This document shows positions 38,895 to 51,000 of a stretch of DNA of 64,000 nucleotides, in pieces. The stretch is from Phoronis australis (lineage: Eukaryota > Animalia > Phoronida), in NCBI GenBank assembly GCA_002633005.1, contig NMRA01000043.1, positions 961,588-1,025,587 of the forward strand. The letters run 5' to 3'. The translations under genes and the position numbers were made by a program. Below the pieces are notes generated by a model, which saw only the letters and a program-made list of their open reading frames with translations, made no database searches and had not been told where the DNA came from. Every line of letters starts with the position of its first letter. Within the stretch, counting starts at the first letter, position 1.

Positions 38895-39075
38895 TTCTCT
38901 GTTTTCTTCGAGTTTTGTCGTCTGCTTCACTTACCTGCTTACCACACGATGTCGCTGCTATAAGTCTCGACGTATCACGCGACACTTCATTCAGTAAATA
39001 CGCATGGCGGACGTCCAGAGGAGCTGAGAAATTCCTTGTTTTCTTTTGCAGCAGCCGGTTTGAGAAAAGATCAGA
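38895..39075. promoter_or_regulatory. Compact bidirectional promoter and 5' UTRs between MCMDC2 (-) and PLRG1 (+)
   Basis: Divergent start codons ~180 bp apart, locally CpG-rich, with a YY1-like ATGGCGG at 39004. Confidence 0.65.
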
Positions 39076-42000
39076 ATGGAGGTATCGGTTTTGTTGTCTT
39101 GTATAGCGTGGATGTGCCTTTTAACCCTACATTAAACTGGCACATCTACACTGTTGTGATTTTTGAACTGGTACCAGAACAAACTCAGGGCTCGACGCTA
39201 ATAAAATCGCCAGGTCGCATTTTGCGACCTAGCCAAAATCCCAGGTCGCATTTTCAAAATCCAGCTCGCATTCGTAAATGCCAGGTCGCAAAATTTTCCC
39301 GCCATTTTTACGCGCCAAAACAGATTTTTTAGATCATCGGGAAAATGTTTAGATTATGCTCTTACCTGCAGCGNTGCTGGGTTCTTAGCGTTTTACGTGA
39401 ACAACCTCATTGAAAACGTCTGTGCACATCAAAGTTGGGTGCAAAACTTATAACAATTTATTTCAATTGAAACTGAATTAATAAACAATGCAATGCATTT
39501 TTATGTCATCTAGAGTAACTGTACACACTGTAGTTGACTTGTGAGGTCTTACTTCGTGTATTTCCGTCTAACCGAAACGGTCACGACTTTAGGGCCTCAT
39601 TCAAAATGGCCGCCAATATCAGCGACCGTTTCAAAACTCTGCTTACGGAGACAAACAAGGATTAAGATTGTCAAAACACGGAAATTTGTGAAGGCTGACA
39701 TATGTCCATGACATCACATGAGCAGTTGCTAACGGACATTGGGTAGTATGACAATCGGCAATTATTATGCTTATATTCACGACTTTAGGTCACCGGTGTA
39801 TAGTGGACCCTGATTCAGAGAACCAGGCAATCACTGAATAATGGGCTCGTTATTTACAGTCAAGTGACCTAATTATCGGACGTTTTGGCACATTTTGGAT
39901 TAAATTTAATTGAAAATACTACGGATTGTTGAAAGTTCTTTGCTGAAATAAAGGCTTACCTTTATAGAATTTTTGTGTTGCTATATCTTGTCACCGAAAG
40001 CCACATTTATGTTCCGACTGATCTTTAAAAAACACAACTAGCAAACCTTCGGAGAACCTAAATATTGGACACCATGTTTCCCCATACGCCACACTGCGGA
40101 AAATCGACTAACCAAGTAATGGCCGCGGGCACCTTGTAGCCAAATTTCAGCTCGAGTGTTTTGACATAAGCTGCTAAAACACAGCTCCATTCACAACAAA
40201 ATTTATCCACAACATGAAGTCTGATGACAACACCAAGTCGTTTCCATGAATCAGTGCAGACGACTAAAGCGCGTGCAAACTCATTGAAGTTTTTAGCAAG
40301 GAGTGTAATACTACTACACTCCTTGTTTTTAATATCTCTTTGCCTTCTTGATATGACACACGCACATGCGTGGCCGGGGTTTGACTTGAGTTTAAAAACA
40401 AATGAAAAAATGAAACAGTGACATATTGTTAGTTCGATTAGATGATTTCATTGTGGAAAAAGATTTTATTTTCAACTTTTATAACTGATTTATGCGATCG
40501 TCCATTTTAGGCTGACTTGGGGTCTAAATTGCACCCTCTCTCGGTAAAATCAAAACGAGGCAACGCTAGAAAAAAACGAGACAGTGCCGGACATTGAATG
40601 CATTACAGCGGAACAAAAATTTGTGTCATATATTTCTCGAATTATGCTTCAAGATCTTATGTAATGCCCGATATTTAGGGTCCGTCCAATAATTAGGTAC
40701 ACTATGTGTAGTGGATGAAACTGGTTCTCTAAATCAGGGATTGCTATATCCGACTAGTGCCCTGAATCCGACTAGTAATGGTTGATAGTAATGCTGTACA
40801 ATAGTATGCTGATTCAAGAATACATAATAGGTCGGATAGAGTGGTCCCTGTTTTTAAAAGTGATTTTAGAACCAGCTACTCCCATTGACTAAAGGCTGTT
40901 ATTCAGTGGGAGTAACAGGTTCTCAAATTGCTTTTGAGTGTAGAGCAGGGACCCACCTATGACCTATACAACCCAATTTGTATGAAACCTGTACAGTCCC
41001 AATTACCCTATTGTTTACAATATGACTCTATTAACTCACATACTTGATCTGACTCTATTCAGGTACATACCTGATATTACTACTTTCTGAATCCTCTCGT
41101 CGTGGTGATTCCAAAAATGTATTACTTGTACTGCTTAGTCTCTTCTTATTCATGCATTCAATGTTTTTTCCAATGTGTTCATTTGGTATGCCAATCTCTC
41201 CTAGCAGCCACTTTAAAAGTGCAACACCTCTCAGCAGTAATGATAACTAATAGTTAACCTCAACTTAAGTTAGTTTGATGCAGATTGTGTCGCAGAATGT
41301 GTTTGTGTATTTTAACCTTCCAGTAATATTAGTCATTCCCAAACTTCTCACTTGTTTACGACATGTATATGTTGATTACTCCTCGCATTTTAGCATGATC
41401 ACTTGAGTGTTCTGGACAAAGGAGCATGAAACTAGCCTTATACATTGCATGTTCGGTAGTACTTCTGGCAGTTACATTGAGCTACTTTTGAGTGGTGTTC
41501 ATGAGAGATAGACAAGTAAAACATAAATTGACTATATAAAGAACATGTAGTGTTTGTTGTAATGTGTGTTTTGGGAACTTCACAGTAGATGGCATTCACA
41601 AAGACATGTTAATTTTGAGGGAATTTTTAACTTGTGAGTGGCCTATGGAACTAACCGTGGGTGTTTTAAAGGAAAAAGTTGAAAACTTGGTGAGAATTTA
41701 GCTTAACATGGGCTTTAACCTGGACAAATACCGCATATCAGTAATTTCAACATAATGTTAAACCATAAATTTATATGCAACACTTTTTAATTTGTGTGTG
41801 ACCAATTGTATAGATGTGCATACTGCTATGATGTGGTTGTGTATGAGTCTCCTTCCCTAATATCCCTTAGGAAGTCCAGAAGCACTCGGTGCATACACTG
41901 GTGTTCCGATCTCTCAAGAGGACACATGACATGTTCCTGTCTGACCAAGCCAACCCACCCCCAGTTGATGAAGAAAGGTAACTGTTCAGTTTGGAACTGC

Positions 42001-45000
42001 ATATGATTTTCTGACTACCAGTAAATATTAAGATAAAAATTGGATTTAGATGAAAAGTCCTCGGTTAAGCTGTCCAAGTCGACAGTTCTGTGGTTAGCGA
42101 GGTCGGTGTAGGTGGCAGGCGTCTGGATGCCTTGCAGTGTACCAAGTACGCATGGGCCACACAGCATGTTTTTTTACTTTGATCATAGGTAGGTGTAGAC
42201 GACGGGTGGCCTGATGCCTTTTGCAGTACACTAGGCTTACATAGGCCACACAGAGGGCCCTCTGATCAGAGTTACATATCGTCATAGTGAACTGATTCGT
42301 ACTAACCAATTCATCACCTATTTAGCACATAATATGGTGGTCAAGATAAATTTTATTTTGTAACATTTTCCACAAAAACATAGTTTAATAAATTTCAGTA
42401 TTTGGTTATGCTCTCATTATTTACATCTTGGTAATCAGCTTTTCAGAAATGGGAAAATGTTTTATTTTTTTAATTATTTATGTGAAGAATTATGGAATTA
42501 CTGAAGCGTGTTCAACAGAGTGAGCGCCCGCTAGCGTGTACTCGCGAACACAAGGAACAGCTCCTGAACAGCTGTGAGCGCTCACTGTGCGATCCAGTAT
42601 GGCGACTCTGAAGCAGATTGTGTTGAACGTCTTAGCCGATGAGCTTAACACTAACAGTCCTTCCTATGCGTACTGAGCGATAAATATGATTAATCTTTGC
42701 CAATAATTATTAATATCGGCAGCCCAAGACAACAACCGTGAAGGCTTCAGTCCGACAAGAATCGAAAATTACGTCGAGGAAACTGTTCCTCGCTACAGCG
42801 ACCCGCAATTTAAGTCGCAGTTTCGGATGAGTCGGTCAACTTTTGAGGTTAGTTTTCGTGTTGCAGAACCATAATGGGTTCATATGTTCCAGACGTGAAG
42901 CCTTCGCAGGACGCCATCTTGGAAATCTAAGCGAACATGCTCTCGAGGTTGTTCGCGAGCGCTCGCGAGCGCTAACGTGAACACAGCTGTTCAGGACGAG
43001 GGCGCTCAAATCGCTCACGGGCGCTCACTCTATTGAACACGCTTCTGGTTTAGACTTGAGCAATTTATAATGCAATCTTGTGGGAATTTTATTAAACTGA
43101 TGTTGTTATCTGCCTATCTATCTGTCTTTTGGGAAGTGGATTTGTGACTTTGATTCTGTTAAGAACAAACAATAGAGCTTTTCTGCGAAAAAATTTTACA
43201 CAAATTGTCAAGGTCATTGACGCCTGGATTTTAGGGCTGAATATCTGGCAACAGTCACTTGCAGAGGTACCAGATTTTGAGAACCAGTTTGCTGAAGGTT
43301 ATCAGTGGAGGAAATTAGTTCCCAAAATATGGGACCCTTTTAACTGACTATTACCAAATATCGATCCAATTCCTCTGCAAAGTATTTAAGAATCATTTGA
43401 AAATGCCTTCATCAGACCCAAAATTCTCTCAAACTGTTAAAAAATCCTCCTAAGCTTGGAATCACTTACCTGTCACATACTGTACTCTCAGATTCAAAAG
43501 TCTTTATTGACTGGAAATCCTTCACTTCACAGTACAGGGATATACTTGGTCACTCACCAATGCAACAAAAAACAGTGCTGGGCGAGTAGAAGATGTAGAA
43601 GATGACTGGTCGGTTACCCAGGTGGCGAGCAATTTTCAGAGCAAAGCTGCTCTGTGTCGTTCCTCAGACTTTTGTAGTGTCCAAATGAATAAATTTTCTC
43701 TTCTGCATGGTGTTTTTATCCTCATTTAAAGGTTAATTTTGGTCCCAGTCTCAGTACTTTAGCAGTAAAAAACATTGACGCAATGCACTTGAATTGATTC
43801 AATGGATGTTAAACTCTTTATGATTCATCTAGACGAAAGGGTAATATTGAGTATAAGACGTTTTTACGAAAACAATACTCGGGGCTCACCGGTGAATAAA
43901 GATGTTATCCGAAATATTGGTGATGTGTTATTTTGTGACAAACTAAGTAAAAAACTTAAATGGGTGTGCGATTTCAAAACTTCATAGGCCGCCTTACAGT
44001 GGCGAGGGAGCGACTTAGTTGAATCGGGACTCTCTAACCGACACATGTATTCGAGAAGCTAAGTATGCAAATTGATTTAGGAGAAAATACAATTTGGAAA
44101 AATACATCTCTTCTTGGACTGAACTACCAAATGATTGTCAGTTAAGTCGTCATAGTGTAACAAAATGTCTCCTTTTGTTCGCTGTGTAATTTTTGGAACT
44201 CCAGCGATTGAAAAACTTGTCGAAAAAATCCGCGCCACGTTGCCTTAGCTGAATGACATACTGATGCGTAGGAACAATTCAGTGCAAATTTCACTACACA
44301 AATCCTGAAAGTTATGTTGTTTACGTATTTAATGATTAGTTTTGCATGAACGTTAGTTTTGGCTACTTGAGGCAGTGCTGGGGATGTTGATATTAGTGGC
44401 GACTGGGCGTGAGGTATTTCCCCTCACACGAAAAATTCTCTTTGAAACTTAAGTTGCAGTCTCCATAGGTAAGCTAGGTTCCCAAGTGTTACAATTATGA
44501 CAGATACTTGTAATGCTCTGGGCCAGCTCCGTGTGTGGATATATTAATTTGTTTTCTTTTCAGTGAAAAGATAAAGATGGCTTGTAAAATAACTGATGAA
44601 TACAGTTTGGTAAAGAACATGCCTGTTCAAAAAGAGAACAAGAAAAATAACCCAGCCCAGTCAGCTAATGTAACTGGTCCATATCCTAATCAGTGGGAGA
44701 GTAAGTAACTAGTTAATGCTAATCTTTGGTCTTGATAACCTTCATTTCTCCATCATCATTAGTGTTTCACAAAATTTGTGGATAGTCATCTCTCTTGCTT
44801 TCTCCAAATCTGGCTGATTTCTAACACATCACCATAATTCAGCTTTGGTATTTCTAAGACGACATATTTTTGGTTGTGTACATTTACTTGTGGTGTTGTG
44901 GCCATCAAAAACATTTGAGTGATTCTTGTTGACAAGGTTTAAAGCCATTTATGAATATTTGTCATCTGTACCGGTGTGCATGTAGATTTTGCTATATTGG

Positions 45001-48000
45001 TCATGGTGTTGTATCTAGGTTACAATGACAGCACAATTATAGAAGGCACACATCCCTACCCCAGTGGCCCGGGGATTACTTTGTCTGACAGCACCTCTAG
45101 GACAGATAATAGGTCTTCCAAACTCAGGTAAAAGTCTTATGGTGTGATTATTTTAGGTTGTACATGATTAGGCTTTTTGGTGTTCCGTCAGTTCAGTGCT
45201 CAACATGTGGTTTTTATGGCATGATACTTTATAAAGATGTAGATAAGCAATGGACTTAATGTAGTCCTTTATTGATAATTTCTGCGTCAAATTTTTATTA
45301 TTTGAGGAATTGTTATTTTGCTGTATTAGATGAATTTGTTAGGGAAGAGGTTATGTTCAGTTCTTGTGTCTTGCTGTTCTAAGATAGTCTTGGTTGCTTC
45401 TTGTTTCTAGGATAGACGGAACAGAAGACAGAAGTAGTTCAAAGGTCAGTAGGTCAATCAGGATAAGGTCTAAAAGCATAGTTGTTTCTGATCAGTGCCT
45501 GACTCATTATAAAAAAGTGCCATCCAACATCAATTTCACCATAGGTCTGGTGTTGCACAAAGGCATGTAAACAAAGTTTGAAACGCTGTGTTTTACCAAG
45601 CAATGACAGGACTCGACTTTTGATGTCTAATTGCCAAATGCGACCTGACAGAATTCCCAGATTACCAAACAGTAACTGAGGTCTCCAAATCTTGATGCCA
45701 AGAGCCAAAATGAAATGAACGAGTTACCTGATGTGAAATACCTACAAACTCAACAAATGTATGTTGGCAGATCACAGATCATCCATTTTTGTGTGTGTGC
45801 TTGGTGGCGGGCTCCAAAGTCCCGCGCCCGTTACCCACTTTGGTGGTCGAGTGCAAACGGACCGTTATGGTTTTTGCCAGTGATTCCGACTTAGGTAGTA
45901 TTTTGACTGCATGTGTAGATGTGGCATGGCAACAGGCTGGTCGAGCCACACCAGTTGTTTTAGTGAAAAACAGACCAGAACCAACCAACCCTACTTCTTT
46001 GGCCTAATAGGGATACTCTTTAAATGTATAATTTGCTCAGAAGTAAATAAGTTTGACTTATTGTTTACAAGTTGTTGAACAGTCATAAAGTGATAAGTCT
46101 ACAATGAACACAGTCAATCTGGAGATTGAACTTGCCTATTATCCGTAATTTCATTTGCTTTTGTTTCCAAGCTTTTTAAAACGGTAGAAAGATATTGAAA
46201 AAGTTGCACTAAAAATTGATTTTTAAGGCCCTGGTTGCCGTGGGCCAGCAGCAAGCACTGGTTCCCAAGAAAGCACCCACAATGCCCAAGCCATCATGGC
46301 ATCCACCTTGGAAGCTGTACAGAGTAATAAGTGGGCACGTGGGTTGGGTGCGGTGTATCGCAGTGGAGCCTGCTAATGAATGGTTTGCTACAGGTTCGGG
46401 AGATAGGATGATCAAGGTGAGTGTCTTAGTTTTCTCTGTATCTGCCATCCATGTTATGGTCTGTTGTAGCCAGGCATTGGTTACATTGTTTTGATTGGCA
46501 TACTATACAATGTCTTAATTAGGAGCAGCGTTGAGAATGTTGTGTTGATTGACGTAATGTAGTAAAGAGCAATACGATTATTTCTTTTCACAATTCTTTA
46601 GGCTATGTTATAGATTGTTTGTCTCAGATTTTAAGGTTTTGTGGCAGTTTCTTATTCCAAGTTTGATTTCTTGTATAGATCTGGGACTTGGCCAGTGGGA
46701 CTCTCAAGCTTTCACTCACAGGGCACATCAGTACAGTTCGTGGTCTTGCTGTCAGCCACAGGCAGCCATATTTATTCTCTTGTGGTGAAGATAAGCAAGT
46801 TAAATGCTGGGATCTTGAATACAATAAGGTTTGTTATTCTTTGATTTTGCAACTATTTGCAGTGTGCTTTAGCTGGTTTTATCTGGTTTTTATTGTTTGA
46901 TGATACAATTTTACTCAGGGCAGAGCTTGACATTTCGACGTGTGGGTTGAGAATGTTAATGTGAACTTTGAAATGTAGGCCTGAAAAATCATACCAGTGG
47001 ATGTTTCGACCCAGATTTCTACATATTTTTTGACCTGCAAAATGCAAACTGGTTACTGTATAGACGAGCCACAAACCTTTAGAACTTTAAATTTAGTGTT
47101 GTGTCTTGGAATGTGAGTGAAACATTCCAGTACAGTGCTTATCGTCAAATAGTACAATTTAGATAAGGTTTCCGATGGCTTCATTCACGGCAGACAACTT
47201 TTCTCAGAGAAAATACATGCACAGTAAATAGCATAATCTTGTTGTTGCATGGTGTGTCCAGTTTCGTTACAGTGGCAGTAGGGAGACAGTATGAATCAGC
47301 TTTATTGTGACAAGTCAACACATAGTCTGACAGATGATGTTGCAGTCATTTAGAATGAAAGTTATGTTTAGTGTTAAGTGTAAACTTTCTGCATTGTATG
47401 TAGCTTGTGTAAAATTCAAAGGAAACCCTGGAGATTTTCTTAGTCATTTTGGCAAGTTCTTCACTAGATTGGGATGGAGTGGGAGGTCGGTTTTAGGTTG
47501 ATATTGGTCCAGGAGTAGTCTTGAGCAAAAAAATCACGACTAGGGCCCAGGATCTAATTTCGTACTCTGACTCAAACTCGAAACAACCAATAATACAAAT
47601 GTGTAAGAGTACTTTAAGCTCTCCCTGCCATCGGTCAATTTTCGAGTACAGAGATTAGACGTCAGTCCCAGAAAGGGATTGTGGGGATTAAACATTAATC
47701 CTTTGTTTGTAACCCACTTTTTCAGGTGACCCAACTGGCTGTGTCATGTGACTCCAGAGCTACACAAAGATCCACCCCTGTAATGGTTCACTAGTGATGG
47801 GGTACTCAGCATTTGGTGCACACCGTACTGTCGATAATTTGCTCGCTTTCATTTGTCAGGAAATAACCAGTTTTCCTCTTTGTTGCTAGGTGATTCGTCA
47901 TTACCATGGCCATCTGAGTGCTTGCCATGCTCTCGCGCAGCATCCCACAATAGATGTCCTTGTTTCCTGTGGTCGAGACGCGACTGCTAGGGTAAGTTAT

Positions 48001-51000
48001 GACCAAGAGGTCACATGAGTTGAAGGGGCAACAAACCCGTGCCTTCTGACCAAAACCAAATCCGTCTTATCCTTACAATAGAAATGATGTGTTTGAGAGG
48101 AGCTGACTAGTTATTGTTACTGTAGGTCAATTCAAAGTTAGTAGGTTTATTTCAGTTGCTTGAAGCACTATGGCTGTAAGGGACATTCCAATTGATTTAT
48201 TGCAATCACTTTAGATTCAAACAAATGACAACAACTCATAACATTGGTTGGGGGGGTAGATAGGTCTATGAAGAAAGTTGGTCAGTTTAACACCAGAACA
48301 TGGTTTATTGTCACTAGAACATCTATGTTTGCAGGTCACCTCTCTTTTAATATGTCTCCAAAACTTAAATTTGCTGCATGACTCTTGACTATTTCCTGAG
48401 TTACAAGGAACAAAAAATCTCTAATATAGGGCTCTGAGTTACATACTGATTACCAGCATCTCAATGTAAGAACTTGTATCATCAGTGGCCGCACAGATAT
48501 CAGGGAGTGTTTCCATTATGTCAAGGTTTGAAGCTGTGAACTTTAGATAAAAATCTTTGCATTTCCATCAGATGGACCTGAAGCAATTGCCTGAAATATA
48601 TGGATATTAAGCACGCTTAAATGTACCAGTCTCTACACTATTCCCAACATGAAGGGAACATGAGTGCCACCTTCTGGGAGTTGATTATTTAGTTGACTTT
48701 TGACCTTATCTCTGTTGTGAAGTTTGTGTGATAATGGCTTTAAAACCTTTGGTTTATATTTAGGTGTGGGATATCCGTACCAAGGCGTGTATTCACACAA
48801 TGACTGGACACACCAATACAGTGGCAGATGTCAAGTGCCAAGCAGCTGATCCTCAGGTGAGTACAGTCTGGGCACCTGAGCAACCGTATGGTCAATTTAT
48901 ATTGCCTAAACACACAGTTATTTTGCTGGGTGTGGTGACTATGATTTTAAAACACATAAGTATTATGCTAATGTTTGAACTTTGGTGAATGTTTTTATAG
49001 ATCAGGAAAGTTCCCTTATGTCTAATAACAATAGAATTTCTCCTTTTTGTGTCATGCTTCATCATCTCAATTTGAATAGGCTTGCTAACCACACCAACAG
49101 TTGTTGGCAGTAACTGATCACTTGACCTTTGATTAAATGGTAGACACATCATTAAATGGTAGACACATCATTAAATGGTTCAATTCATTGCTCAGTGTCT
49201 GTGTAAACCTGTATGATTGTTTCGTCAGATCAGTAATTTCCATAATGTTTAGTTTTGGCTGCAAATCAGAAGTTATCAGCATTTAACCCTTATCCTGCAC
49301 TATGCGAGGTCAGCCGACAAGCCAATTATCCTATTAAAATGCTTCGGGTGTACTCAATCGCCTATAATAAGCTACGGCTAGACTGCGCAAGGAGGGTGTA
49401 CTCACCCCGGGACACTGGTGTTTTTCAGTCAGAAATTGTTGAAGCCCCGTATGCTGTTTATATATGTGAGCATGCGCATTCCACAGTTAATAGCTTCCTG
49501 TACATTTTTCTGATTTACAACATATGGCTGTGGTGAGTTGTTGCTGAGATATTTGAAAGTTTACTTAAGTTTTATCTCGGCTGGTGCCAAACGTGCTAAG
49601 ATGACTGTTGACCAGTTTCTTGGGGAAGTGTTCATGGACTCAGATAGTGAAAACGAGCTGGAATTGGCACTCGAAAGTGACGGTGACAGTGACTGGGAAA
49701 CTAATACAACAGTCACAAGTAATGTAGATTCTATCGATTCAGATCTCAGTGCAATTTTGGAGGAGTTACCGGTCCCTGAAGCTGAACTTGGATGGGCCTA
49801 CGACGATGCTTGGCTCACGCCCTTGGCACATAATACAGAGCTTCTGAAACATGACGGAACTCATTCAGAATTAGATATTTTTGTGACTTTTTCACTGAAT
49901 AGCTTTGTGACCCCACCCGTGTTTCAAGTTTTTGCACACCAAGGTGAACTTCAAAACAGACTTTAGCAAGCGACTGCACCAGTCATAAATTTGTTATCGT
50001 GCAAAGTTGAAGTATGTTATATACTGTACATTCTTGTTTGTAGATGTGATGTTACAGACAATAAATCTGCTTTATTAAACATGCAAGTCCCATGAATTCC
50101 CTTTTAAAAATGCTTATTACGGTTTTTGAGTGTCAGCTATAATGTTCTCTTGTATGAAAACAGATAAAAACAAAGGGTGTCCAGTTTGAAAGTTTATAGA
50201 ATTATTTACACCAAGGCTATGGTAAATATATGTATATGGTGAAAATCACCATTAAATTCTGAACAACTTTTGTGCAGACCACTTTTATGTGAAGTTGACA
50301 TTACCCCTTCAAATTTCTAATTTAAAAATGTTAGGTCATCAATCTGAGTGACCTTTGTAACAGCCCAGTGCACAGCAGCAGTGGTGACCTACTTAGCTCA
50401 GCACACAGGGAAAGTTGTCTGAATAGAGGCTTAGCAGGATAAGGGTTAAAGGTGCGGCTTTAAAAAGCAAAGCAGTTCTCAATGGTTCTCCAAATATCAG
50501 AACATTCTCCAAAGTTGTAGTTCACATCAACTGCTTTTCACGGTTACTCTCTATTACAATGTGCCCGCATTTTGAGAACCAGTTTTCTCTGTCAGAATAA
50601 AATGCATCAACTGGTTCTCAAAATGCAAGCACATTTTATCAGATTGTTGTCCATTTACCTTTTCAGAAAAACAGTTACTGGTCAAATTTTGACAACGTTC
50701 CCTTTAAAAAATAAACATCAAGAATAAAATTTCAACAGGTTGAGAAGTAATGAGTAGACAAATTTCTTGTAAAGTTTTGCCGATTCCAGTCTATTCTAAC
50801 TCATCACTTATCCAGGAAATGGTGTAAAGTAACTTATCAACTTGTGTGTCTTTAAGGCAATGTTATGACTGAAAGTATTTAACTTACTGTGTGCAATAAT
50901 AATAGACAGTGTTATATTTATTCTCTTCAGCCTTTATTGAAATGCAAAATTAAACGAGGAATAAGTCTCAGTAAGGAAATTAACACTGTCAGAGACTTGA

